From a virus (taxonomy: Duplodnaviria; Caudoviricetes): a DNA stretch of 64,000 nt. Below the pieces are notes generated by a model. It was not told where the DNA came from and made no database searches. It saw nothing but the letters and a program-made list of their open reading frames with translations. The translations under genes and the position numbers were made by a program. This document shows positions 38,117 to 46,393 of this stretch, piece by piece. Within the stretch, counting starts at the first letter, position 1. Each line of letters opens with the position of its first letter. The stretch lies in IMG/VR virus record IMGVR_UViG_3300037219_000017, positions 702-64,701 of that record. One strand, written 5' to 3'.

Positions 38117-38484
38117 TACACTAGTCCAATCTCGCCTTCAGCTTCAAAAACAAGGGTAGTCACGACGCTCGCCGTGCCGGAGAGGAAGTCAGCCGGCTCC
38201 AGGCGCACGCGCCCGTACCAGTCGACGTAGCTGTTCTGGGCAACCGAGTAGCCGTTGAAGGCGAACTCCGTGCCAGCAGCCGATCCAGCGGTCGCACCAA
38301 TGTACAGGGAGACGGTGGCTGCACCAGCGCCTTTGTTCACGATGCGGATGTGGGTAAGAAGGATGTACGGCTGCGTCATCGTGAAGCCGACTGGGCCGGA
38401 TAAGGACGTGACGGCTCCGTTGACCATGTTCGTAGCGGCGACTGGCATTGCCGTCGGTCCGCATCGTAAGGCTCGGTTTTGCAT
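38116..38484 (-). CDS. putative virion structural protein
   Basis: Beta-rich, GAGG RBS, has its own promoter candidate. Confidence 0.6.
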   Translation of the reverse strand: MQNRALRCGPTAMPVAATNMVNGAVTSLSGPVGFTMTQPYILLTHIRIVNKGAGAATVSLYIGATAGSAAGTEFAFNGYSVAQNSYVDWYGRVRLEPADFLSGTASVVTTLVFEAEGEIGLV

Positions 38485-38508
38485 GTTATTTTCCTCTCAG
38501 AGAGTGGT

Positions 38509-38537
38509 AGCTTAAAACAAATTCCCGAATTCAGCAA
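38509..38537 (-). promoter_or_regulatory. sigma70-like promoter TTGCTG-17-TAAGCT
   Basis: -35 at 38537-38532, -10 at 38514-38509, in an intergenic gap. Confidence 0.5.
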
Positions 38538-38539
38538 GA

Positions 38540-40414
38540 TCAGGCCGCAAACAGCGGCATGTAGTACAGCGTGCCGCCTAGCGTCACCGGGAGCCATATG
38601 GCTGGAGTCGTCTGATTGGTGGTTCCGGGTTTGTTCGCGGACGTGAAAGTGGCAGTCTTAGCACCAGTAGTCCCAGCTGCGGACAACCCGAGAGTGGGGG
38701 TTGATGCACCCCCAGCATAAATATAGAGCGCTCCCGCGGAATAGATGGCGGAGTCAGTTTTCAACCGCACACCACCAGCAACGCCGAAATCTGTGCCGGC
38801 TTGTAAGATGGTGTTGCCGGCGGTGTTACGCCAAGTAAAAACAGTTGAGTCCCCGATGACATTCAAATTATGAGTGGCGTCTATATAAAAACTCGCAACA
38901 CTGTTGGTGCCGAACATCAACGGAACAGCACCCACTGTGTAAAAGTTTGCGCTCTCACCGGCGACTCCGTTTGGCAACCACGCCCCCACATAGCCTGTCG
39001 AAGTGAGAGTGAGTTGAACAGCGTGCGGCGCCGTATTTTGCACCGCGAATCGCACGTAGTCAGCAACACCGACAGTCGTCAATGTCTCCACCAGAGTGTA
39101 GGACCCTGCGCCTTCAAACACATAGGCGCCTGTAATCGTCTGAGGCTGCGCAGGATTAAACTGCGGCCACATTTGGGATGCGTCGTCAAAATCGTAGTCG
39201 CCGTATGCCGACCACATCGGAACAATTGAACCCTGCGCACCAGTAGGGCCTAGCTGCCCAGTGGGGCCGGGGATGACCAGAGCATCGTCCACGTCATCGG
39301 GGTACAGGAAGGGTGAGATCTGCCCTGCTGCACCGGTAGCACCCGCTGCGCCGGCTGCGCCAGGGAGGCCGGGGATGACCAGAGCATCGTCCACGTCATC
39401 GGGGTACAGGAAGGGTGAGATCTGCCCTGCTGCACCGGTAGCACCCGCTGCGCCGGCTGCGCCAGGGAGGCCGGGGATGACAAGGGGATCATCCGGGTCG
39501 TCAGGGTACAGCTGAGGGGCATTGTATCCGGAGGCGCCTGTAAGTCCTGTCAAGCCTTTCGGGCCGGGGACGATCAATGAATCTTCCATGTCGTCCGGGT
39601 ACAGCTGTGGGGCATTGAATCCCGCGGGGCCGATGATGCCGGTCAAGCCGATCGGACCGGGGACAATATGTGCATCGTCCGGATCATCCGGCCAAGTGAC
39701 GACGGGGGCAGAGGCTCCAGGCAGACCGGGAGCACCAGATGATCCTGTTGCTCCAACAGCGCCGGGAGTTCCGGGGACAATCATCGGGTCCTCTGGATCG
39801 TCAGGCCACACGAACATAGCGTTCGTGCCGGCTTTGCCTGCAGCACCGACGGCACCAGTAGCGCCGGGAATCATCAACTGGTCGTCCGGATCATCCTGAA
39901 TCAGCACGGGAAGGCCAAGAGTCAAAGTCTGAAGTGGTGTAGCAACCCATCCCTTCGCGGTGCGGTACGGAACGCCGCCGACTTTAGAACCCATTTGATC
40001 GAGCATGGGCAACTGGAAACGTGCGAACGGTGCCGCGTCATCTTGGTCCTCGGGGTACATCGACTGCCCGATCGCGGCTAAGCCAGCTGCGCCGGTTGCC
40101 CCAACCGTGCCCACGCCAGGGCCGCTCACTCCGCCAGCTCCTACACCGGCTGGAATAGAAGCCGCGCCAGCAGCGCTCCCGCCAGTGAGTTGAAGGGCGC
40201 CGTTGACCATCGTACCGAGACCGAGGGCGACAATCTCGTTCGCGCGTACATAGCTGAAACCCGTGTCGCCGCGCTGACGAGCCGCAACCTCGACAGATTC
40301 TTTCAACTGCCGAAGAATGGTCGCATGGTTAGACCCATCGGCCGCCGGCACCTGAATCGCTGAGACGGGGATAGGGATCGTCCGCGCCGGGATGGTTACA
40401 CCTGAGACCGCCAC
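38540..40414 (-). CDS. collagen-repeat tail fibre/whisker
   Basis: Short Gly-X-Y runs alternating with PDDxDD motifs; beta-rich C-terminal domain. Confidence 0.75.
   Translation of the reverse strand: MAVSGVTIPARTIPIPVSAIQVPAADGSNHATILRQLKESVEVAARQRGDTGFSYVRANEIVALGLGTMVNGALQLTGGSAAGAASIPAGVGAGGVSGPGVGTVGATGAAGLAAIGQSMYPEDQDDAAPFARFQLPMLDQMGSKVGGVPYRTAKGWVATPLQTLTLGLPVLIQDDPDDQLMIPGATGAVGAAGKAGTNAMFVWPDDPEDPMIVPGTPGAVGATGSSGAPGLPGASAPVVTWPDDPDDAHIVPGPIGLTGIIGPAGFNAPQLYPDDMEDSLIVPGPKGLTGLTGASGYNAPQLYPDDPDDPLVIPGLPGAAGAAGATGAAGQISPFLYPDDVDDALVIPGLPGAAGAAGATGAAGQISPFLYPDDVDDALVIPGPTGQLGPTGAQGSIVPMWSAYGDYDFDDASQMWPQFNPAQPQTITGAYVFEGAGSYTLVETLTTVGVADYVRFAVQNTAPHAVQLTLTSTGYVGAWLPNGVAGESANFYTVGAVPLMFGTNSVASFYIDATHNLNVIGDSTVFTWRNTAGNTILQAGTDFGVAGGVRLKTDSAIYSAGALYIYAGGASTPTLGLSAAGTTGAKTATFTSANKPGTTNQTTPAIWLPVTLGGTLYYMPLFAA
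39265..39481. repeat. exact 102-nt tandem duplication (34 aa) in the collagen fibre
   Basis: ggccggggatgac recurs at 39265, 39367 and 39469 with identical intervening sequence. Confidence 0.9.
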
Positions 40415-40423
40415 GTATCACCT

Positions 40424-41467
40424 CTACGATTTCATAATAAAGAAAATCCCGTAGTACGGGGGAGACGTCGCAGTGAATGTATGCGTGTGCGAACCACCGC
40501 TGGCCATGGTGGGAGTGAACGGTGCGGCAGTTCCAGCAGTGTTCGGAGAACCGGCGAAGCTTACCTTCGTGCCAGCGCCGGTGCCGGCAAACAGATAAGA
40601 ACCGGGAGCGCCGTAGCCGGGAATGCCGATGACAGCCGCGCCGCTTCCAAAGTAGTAATCGAACGGGTGCAAGTGCGACGGAAGGTTAGCAGTCGTCAAC
40701 ACAACAGGAGTAAGCGTCACACCAGTCGCGGCATGAGCATCGGTCGTACCTGTGACACCGCCTTGCGTGCCAAGCCCATAAAGATTACCCGCGGCGACAG
40801 GAAACATGTCCGTCATGTTGGGAGTAGTAGGATAGTTAGCAGCGTTGCACAGCAAATAACCAGCGGGGATCGCGTTGCTCGCGCCGCTCCACATGATGAC
40901 AGCTTGCGACGGCACCAGGCCGTAGCCAGACGGCATGTGGGCCGCTATATTCGCCGTCGTCAGAATCGTGCTACCGCCAGAGGTCGCAGGCGTGGCGCTG
41001 TCCGAGGAGACCAAAACCTGGTTACCCGTCTGCGCCGGCGCCCCGCGAAGGGCACCAGTGAACTCTCCCCCCTGGATACTCCCGGTGGAACCGAGAGCGA
41101 TAACGCCGTTGACAGCCGTTGAACCAGTCAGAGTGTCCCCGCCTTTCTTTTGTAGGAACGAACCCAGCACACCGGAGGTCACGCGCATCTCTACGCGGGA
41201 GCCGGACGCGAAATTCTGCTCGGGAGTACCTTCCTCCCCGCGCGTAACAGACAGAACGTCGGTGGCGATACCAGTGACGTACATCACTTCGATGTTTCCG
41301 GAAGTGTCTTCTACGGTGACTGCCAGCTGAGAAGTAGGGTAGCTCGGCACGGGGAAATTCGCGCCGGTGGTAGCCGTCACATTGATAGACGCGTCTCCGG
41401 CATTGACGAGACTGGACAACAACGTCGAAACGTTGTCCTTGAACAAAAACAGTGGGGCGTTGCTCAT
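40424..41467 (-). CDS. tail fibre protein with collar-like domain
   Basis: VTRGEEGT...VEMRVT N-terminal domain; VIMWSG..AIPAGYLLCN..TPNMTDMF; HLH/HTH motifs; PPYY..FFIMK. Confidence 0.75.
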   Translation of the reverse strand: MSNAPLFLFKDNVSTLLSSLVNAGDASINVTATTGANFPVPSYPTSQLAVTVEDTSGNIEVMYVTGIATDVLSVTRGEEGTPEQNFASGSRVEMRVTSGVLGSFLQKKGGDTLTGSTAVNGVIALGSTGSIQGGEFTGALRGAPAQTGNQVLVSSDSATPATSGGSTILTTANIAAHMPSGYGLVPSQAVIMWSGASNAIPAGYLLCNAANYPTTPNMTDMFPVAAGNLYGLGTQGGVTGTTDAHAATGVTLTPVVLTTANLPSHLHPFDYYFGSGAAVIGIPGYGAPGSYLFAGTGAGTKVSFAGSPNTAGTAAPFTPTMASGGSHTHTFTATSPPYYGIFFIMKS

Positions 41468-41799
41468 GGGTCAATCTTCTCTTTGATATTGTACACAACG
41501 ACATCTTCCAAAATTTGACCTAGGCTGGTCGTCGCGAGGAACTGCACGACGTACTGGTTCTGATCAGCAATGGTCGGGTTGGCGCAGCTGGCGAAGTACG
41601 CAGCCTGAAGCGACGGCGCGGGCGCGATGGCTATGCTCGTAATCGCGAAGCCACCCGCGTTGGCCAAGTCCGTCGGTGACGTAATCTCGTTCGCAACCAC
41701 CGAAACCAGGATCTCGCCTGTGGCTAACTCAAGGGTGTAGTCGAGAAGGTAGCGTTTATTCTCGATCGGGCTCTGGTTAAAACGGGCACTGATGTTCAC
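41464..41799 (-). CDS. fibre/tail adaptor-like protein
   Basis: Q.P.E.KRY.LDY...Y.V..LATTS.GQ..ED pattern. Confidence 0.55.
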   Translation of the reverse strand: MNISARFNQSPIENKRYLLDYTLELATGEILVSVVANEITSPTDLANAGGFAITSIAIAPAPSLQAAYFASCANPTIADQNQYVVQFLATTSLGQILEDVVVYNIKEKIDP

Positions 41800-42686
41800 T
41801 TTGCCACCACCGTAGTGTTTTCCACTGGCATGTAAATCTTAGGATTTATCGAATCCGCTGCGTTCAGCATAACAGGCGGGAAGACCTGGGTCGAACGGAA
41901 CCCTCCACAGAGGGTCGAGGTTAGAGGCAGGCACGAGCCGCCGAACGGGCCGGCGGGTACGAAATTCGCGGTGTAGCGGGCTAAGCCGGCTGTCACGCGC
42001 ACTTCGTCGATGTACCCCGGAGCGATGCCGCCCTCTACGCCAGAGTCCCATCCAATAGTAAAAAACGAAGGGCCTGGCACGCCGTTCGTCGGGAACACAT
42101 AGGTATCCCATACCGGGGCGCCTACAAAGCCACCTGGCGCACCCACCCCATTCAGATAAAGATTTATGTACGTACCATATCGCACCAGTGCGACATGATT
42201 CCATGCGCCCAGCGCGAAGCCGGGCGAGACTGTAATGCTCAGTTCGCCGAAGCCGGCGTTCGTGCCTGGCTGCACGCTGACGCCGTTGTTGTCGCTGCTA
42301 ATATAATAGCAGGCGAAACTGAGGCCGCCCTGATTGCCAGCGTATGCGCCTTGATCGGCTCCGTAGTTGAGAAGTACCGGCTCTCCGACAGCAGAAACAA
42401 GCCACACCCAAAACTCGATGGTAAAATCGGCGATGCCACTTAGGACATCCAGCGGGCCGCCCTGGATAATGGGCACAGAAATATACGTGTTAGCGCTCGT
42501 AGCGGTGTCCGGCAGTGAGAGCGCCGACGAGCCAAACATCGCCTCGGTTGTCGACAGCGCGGCGTTCCCGGAAAAGGACATCGGAAAAGCATTCACCGAC
42601 GAATCAATGGTAGACGTCTGCGCGTTGCCGCCATCAAGATGCAGCAAGAGGGCATCATCGTAATAGTACGGATCGCAGGCAGTCAT
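41796..42686 (-). CDS. LamG/concanavalin-A-like domain virion protein
   Basis: LLLHLDG, DFTIEFWV, WNHVALVR..., GYIDEVRVT.G.ARYT.NF. Confidence 0.85.
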   Translation of the reverse strand: MTACDPYYYDDALLLHLDGGNAQTSTIDSSVNAFPMSFSGNAALSTTEAMFGSSALSLPDTATSANTYISVPIIQGGPLDVLSGIADFTIEFWVWLVSAVGEPVLLNYGADQGAYAGNQGGLSFACYYISSDNNGVSVQPGTNAGFGELSITVSPGFALGAWNHVALVRYGTYINLYLNGVGAPGGFVGAPVWDTYVFPTNGVPGPSFFTIGWDSGVEGGIAPGYIDEVRVTAGLARYTANFVPAGPFGGSCLPLTSTLCGGFRSTQVFPPVMLNAADSINPKIYMPVENTTVVAK

Positions 42687-43117
42687 ACCTGGAACCAACC
42701 GCCGTGAGCTTGATCCGGCGCGATGTAATAATTAAAACCGTCCGCCGTGAATGGAAAACCCGCTCCAGCTGACGAGTAATAGATCAGTTCCGACGTTGAG
42801 TCGACGCCTGTGTCGACATATAGGATTATTCCTATAATCGGGTTCGGCCATGTGACGCCGTCGAATTGGGGCAGCAGCCCATAACACAGGCCGTTCACAG
42901 ACGTCTGAGCTTCCATGTAGGAGCCCAACACATTCGAGCGCGCGGCAATGGCGCCGGCGGGGATATCGCTGACGTTTTTATCTTTGTTGATCAGTGGAAT
43001 GTAAGTGCTGTCCACGAGTAATGCGGAAACCCGCAACGCAATCCAGGTCCACTGTTTGGTCGCGAACTGCTGACTAGCGTTGCCATAGAGGAACGTGAGA
43101 GTCGTAGGCGCAGTCAT
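42683..43117 (-). CDS. putative structural protein
   Basis: ALLVDSTY...ILYVDTG.DSTSELI.Y pattern; position in the tail module. Confidence 0.6.
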   Translation of the reverse strand: MTAPTTLTFLYGNASQQFATKQWTWIALRVSALLVDSTYIPLINKDKNVSDIPAGAIAARSNVLGSYMEAQTSVNGLCYGLLPQFDGVTWPNPIIGIILYVDTGVDSTSELIYYSSAGAGFPFTADGFNYYIAPDQAHGGWFQV

Positions 43118-43120
43118 GGC

Positions 43121-43864
43121 TCAATCCGCCACTGCTGTCGGGTTTCCGATGAAGTGCCGCCCTGCGAACGGCGGGAACCGTGCGGGGGTGTCAACACCCG
43201 AGTAAGCCCGGTTTGCTTCATCGCGAGCTTTCAGGATCTCCAGGCGATACATCGTGTGATAGTCTCCTGCGGCTGCCGGGTCGCTCCACGGCTTTCCCCT
43301 CATGCGATACAGCCGCGCCATCGTACCCCACTGCAACGCGTCCAGATGCTGCGTAAGGGCGATGTTCGGCAGCTTCGTGGTGTTGACCACGGGCAGCAGC
43401 ACAGCGTAGATCCACAGGATAGATCCGTAAGCCTTATCCGGAACAGGGTACAGCTGCAGCAGGTCAGGGCGGATCATGAAGTAGCGTGACGGCGGCGAGA
43501 CGTCGGGACCGATCAGCAAGCGGGCGGACGGAATCAACGCCTGCGGAAACTGCGCGCCTGTGACGGTTGGATACAGCCACGCATCCAACACGTACTGGAT
43601 CTGCTTGTATTGATCCACCGGGTTCAGTTCGATCGGATTGCCGATCGCGCCGGCGCCCTGCGCAATGTTGTACGGGCCGACAGTGTCCCGCCAACCAGTG
43701 GACATCGTGTAGAAGTGTCTGATCGTGTCCTGCAATTCGCTATTGACCAGACTGTCCGGGATGGCTGGAGACCTTGTTAAAATCTTCGACACTATGTAAG
43801 TAGTGGATTGTCCCGCAATCGCCGACGACGACTGCCCCACCCCATCCAAGGTAACTAAGGCCAT
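43121..43864 (-). CDS. head-tail adaptor / tubular A-like protein
   Basis: LQLYPVPD, GTMARLYRM.GKPWSDP motifs. Confidence 0.7.
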   Translation of the reverse strand: MALVTLDGVGQSSSAIAGQSTTYIVSKILTRSPAIPDSLVNSELQDTIRHFYTMSTGWRDTVGPYNIAQGAGAIGNPIELNPVDQYKQIQYVLDAWLYPTVTGAQFPQALIPSARLLIGPDVSPPSRYFMIRPDLLQLYPVPDKAYGSILWIYAVLLPVVNTTKLPNIALTQHLDALQWGTMARLYRMRGKPWSDPAAAGDYHTMYRLEILKARDEANRAYSGVDTPARFPPFAGRHFIGNPTAVAD

Positions 43865-43866
43865 TT

Positions 43867-44406
43867 TTATTCTCCAGCGCGTTCAAGATACGCTATCGCC
43901 CTCCGCAGTCCAGCTATAGTATCACCGAGCTTGCCAATCGACGTATTACAGTCGAAACACAACCAGCCGCGGAAGCGCTTCGGGTTTTCGGCGTGGTCTA
44001 GGCATAGCTCTCTAAATTGGCCAGACGGCGGCTTATTACAGTTTTCACAAGTCGCCGGCTGCGGGCGAGTAGGCTCTGGAAGCCCGGCGCGGCGTCTGCG
44101 CCACGCAGAAACCTTCGCCCTGTTCTTCGCCTTCCATGCGGCATTCGTCGCTGCGCGGGCCGCGGGATGCGACACTGCGTACTTCTTCGTAGCTGCCGCT
44201 CGTTTACCGGGGTTTTTAGCCGCCCATCGCCGCTGATAGTCAGGATTCTTAAGCCGCCAGAGGCGACGAACTTCCTTTGCGTGCTCGCGATTAGCCGCAT
44301 AGTATGCACGTTGATACGCGCTCCGATCAGCCGCCGGCGCCCCCGAGCATTTGCTTGAAGGAGGCGAGGAGTTGAGAGGATCTGCCTTGGTCGGTAAATT
44401 CATCAT
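43867..44406 (-). CDS. endonuclease VII-like endonuclease #6 (start uncertain)
   Basis: GLPEPTRPQPATCENC...LDHAENPKRFRGWLCFDCN. Confidence 0.8.
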   Translation of the reverse strand: MMNLPTKADPLNSSPPSSKCSGAPAADRSAYQRAYYAANREHAKEVRRLWRLKNPDYQRRWAAKNPGKRAAATKKYAVSHPAARAATNAAWKAKNRAKVSAWRRRRAGLPEPTRPQPATCENCNKPPSGQFRELCLDHAENPKRFRGWLCFDCNTSIGKLGDTIAGLRRAIAYLERAGE

Positions 44407-44740
44407 CCCCCAATTCTAGCAGGCCCGTAACCAGAAAGCAAAGAGCATTAAAAAACAAACGATCATCCACAGGGAGGGGAGTTGGCGGCGTGAGCCCAAG
44501 ATCGATTTCGGCGTTGAAGTACGCCATCGGAAGGGAGGCATTTGAAAGAATGCCCTGCGTGAAATTTCCGATCCACGCATCAGGCCGATACCGGTACAGC
44601 TCACGAAGCGCTGTGTTGATCTTCCCCATCACCATATCTTGGGTATAACGGAAATTTGATCCGCCGACGCCCACATCATTGATCAGAAGCCTGATCTCAG
44701 AGACCAGATCATCCAAACTTTTTGTGGTGTACGTAACCAT
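44327..44740 (-). CDS. head completion/adaptor protein (DUF6682-like)
   Basis: IRLLIND...RYT...IN.AL.ELYRYRPD. Confidence 0.7.
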   Translation of the reverse strand: MVTYTTKSLDDLVSEIRLLINDVGVGGSNFRYTQDMVMGKINTALRELYRYRPDAWIGNFTQGILSNASLPMAYFNAEIDLGLTPPTPLPVDDRLFFNALCFLVTGLLELGDDEFTDQGRSSQLLASFKQMLGGAGG

Positions 44741-44792
44741 TATGTTGTTCTCTTTCTAGGTACGCGCGGGCGCGCGCTGTGTTTGTGACCAT
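44709..44792 (-). pseudogene. 27-aa chimeric mini-ORF: copy of the downstream gene start + EndoVII C-terminal remnant
   Basis: MVTNTA-RARAYLEREQHNGYVHHKKFG; downstream gene begins MVTYTT; EndoVII ends read RAIAYLER / RAILYLKKE. Confidence 0.55.
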
Positions 44793-45148
44793 GGACGCTC
44801 TTTTTTGAGATATAAAATGGCGCGTTCGAGTGCTTCGATGGTATCACCTAGCTTGCCTAGCCCCAAGTTGCAGGCGTTGCAAAGCCAGCCGCGGAAGAGA
44901 GCGTGCTTGTGATCGACGGAGAGATGACAAAGCGTCCCTCTTCGGACCAGCACCTCGGCCTTCCCACAGATCTCGCATCCAGCGGGCTCAGGGGTTACAG
45001 GGTCCGGACACCCACGAAACTTGCGCACCGCCTTGCGCGTCTTCAACCTGTGATATTCCGGGTTCTTAGCGCGCTTATCCTTGTCGTATTTGCTGTATTT
45101 CGCCGGGTTTTCCTTACGATCCGCCCTCTGCTTTGCCGCGTCCCACAT
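44756..45148 (-). CDS. endonuclease VII-like endonuclease #7
   Basis: GCPDPVTPEPAGCEIC...VDHKHALFRGWLCNACN; GGAGAGG RBS before ATG 45148. Confidence 0.87.
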   Translation of the reverse strand: MWDAAKQRADRKENPAKYSKYDKDKRAKNPEYHRLKTRKAVRKFRGCPDPVTPEPAGCEICGKAEVLVRRGTLCHLSVDHKHALFRGWLCNACNLGLGKLGDTIEALERAILYLKKERPWSQTQRAPART

Positions 45149-45164
45149 ACACCTCTCCATACGA

Positions 45165-45200
45165 TGAAAGCCCCAAACCGTTGCCAGCTTGGGGCTTTCA
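45165..45200 (-). terminator. hairpin (putative intrinsic terminator) after the major capsid gene
   Basis: 12-bp stem TGAAAGCCCCAA/TTGGGGCTTTCA, extended by a wobble stem with a GCAA loop. Confidence 0.7.
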
Positions 45201-45222
45201 GATCGTCATGTCAAGGCTTATT

Positions 45223-46353
45223 TTACAGCCCGGAGTTGACCACTACTGCGAAGCCTACTAAGGTAGGGTTTATTACTTGAAATCCCCAAACCATCAGCCC
45301 GCGCATCAGGGTGCCGAAAGTTGACTCAGAACGCAAGGTCTCAACCTTCGTCATCTGCGACGCGAACGTCAGGCCGAGCGAGTGGCCGAAGTACACGCCG
45401 TACTCCGTGTTGGTGGTCGTTAGAGCGTTGACCCCCAACCCGCCTGTGCCGGCCGGGTTGTTGATCGAGGCCAGTTCCGGGTAGGTCGTACCGGTCGCCT
45501 GCGCATTCGTCGTGTTGCCCATCGGCATCAGGTTCGAAACGTAGACGGTGAACCGGTCGATCATACCGAGGCGCCCGTTGCGGGCGATAGACACGGCATC
45601 GCCTGTCAAATACGCCTGCTGGAAGACGCCACGCTTGATCATCGCAGCTGCCCATGCCGGCAGCACGATCCAGCGACCAGTCTCGGGAACGCGCTGTTCG
45701 TCGAGCACCAGCCCGCAGTCGATGATGAAGTCCACAATCTTACGTGCGAGCAAGGTCGTGGTACCCGTGTTGCCGTTCGTGCCGGCAACTGAGCCTAGGA
45801 ACAGAGGCACGCCAGGGACGCCGGCGGCCGTCAGCGTGTTGACGCTGTAGCCGAGGTTGATCGAGGCGCTGATGCGGCCCGCGGCCGTTCCCATGTTGTT
45901 CGCGGAAACGTTGTTGCCGATGGAGTCGATCAGGAGGAGCTGCGTGTCGACGTAGACTTTCATCTGCTCAGAGGCGTTGTCCGCCCAGTTGCTGAGAAGA
46001 TCGACGTCGGACTGGATCTCCATCACATCGTCGAGGACGGTATTGAAATACGCGCCCTGGTTGATGGACAGAGTGACCAACGGGCTCGACGGGCGCTGCA
46101 CAACCAGAGCCTGGTTCGCGGCGTACGCCTGAATGTTGATCGTCGGATGCGTGCGGATGTTGACGGTGTCGCCGAAGTTTCGGATCTCACCCTCGTAGTC
46201 CGTGGACGCGATGGCACCCATGACGGTAGCATCGTAGAACTTCTCTACGAATTTGCCGGACCAGATGACCGGAATGAAGACGCCTGAATAGGCGGGACTG
46301 GCATTACTGCCAAGATACGGAGTACCCAGTGGGTATGCACCAACGTTGCTCAT
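45223..46353 (-). CDS. major capsid protein
   Basis: FIPVIWSGK, DYEGEI..FGDTVNI, LDEQRVPETGRW, GMIDRFTVY.SN; follows scaffold, precedes a terminator. Confidence 0.9.
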   Translation of the reverse strand: MSNVGAYPLGTPYLGSNASPAYSGVFIPVIWSGKFVEKFYDATVMGAIASTDYEGEIRNFGDTVNIRTHPTINIQAYAANQALVVQRPSSPLVTLSINQGAYFNTVLDDVMEIQSDVDLLSNWADNASEQMKVYVDTQLLLIDSIGNNVSANNMGTAAGRISASINLGYSVNTLTAAGVPGVPLFLGSVAGTNGNTGTTTLLARKIVDFIIDCGLVLDEQRVPETGRWIVLPAWAAAMIKRGVFQQAYLTGDAVSIARNGRLGMIDRFTVYVSNLMPMGNTTNAQATGTTYPELASINNPAGTGGLGVNALTTTNTEYGVYFGHSLGLTFASQMTKVETLRSESTFGTLMRGLMVWGFQVINPTLVGFAVVVNSGL

Positions 46354-46393
46354 GACACTTCACCTTTTCCCGAAGGAATCTGTTGTTGTTCTT

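Noticed and set aside
38540-42686. Diversity-generating retroelement acting on the fibres
   Set aside because: No reverse transcriptase and no TR/VR pair with adenine-specific differences
2397-45148. EndoVII ORFs as group I intron or intein cargo, or RNA-guided (HEARO/OMEGA) nucleases
   Set aside because: Flanking genes are intact, and overlaps leave no room for a structured RNA; no RuvC motifs or intein ends seen
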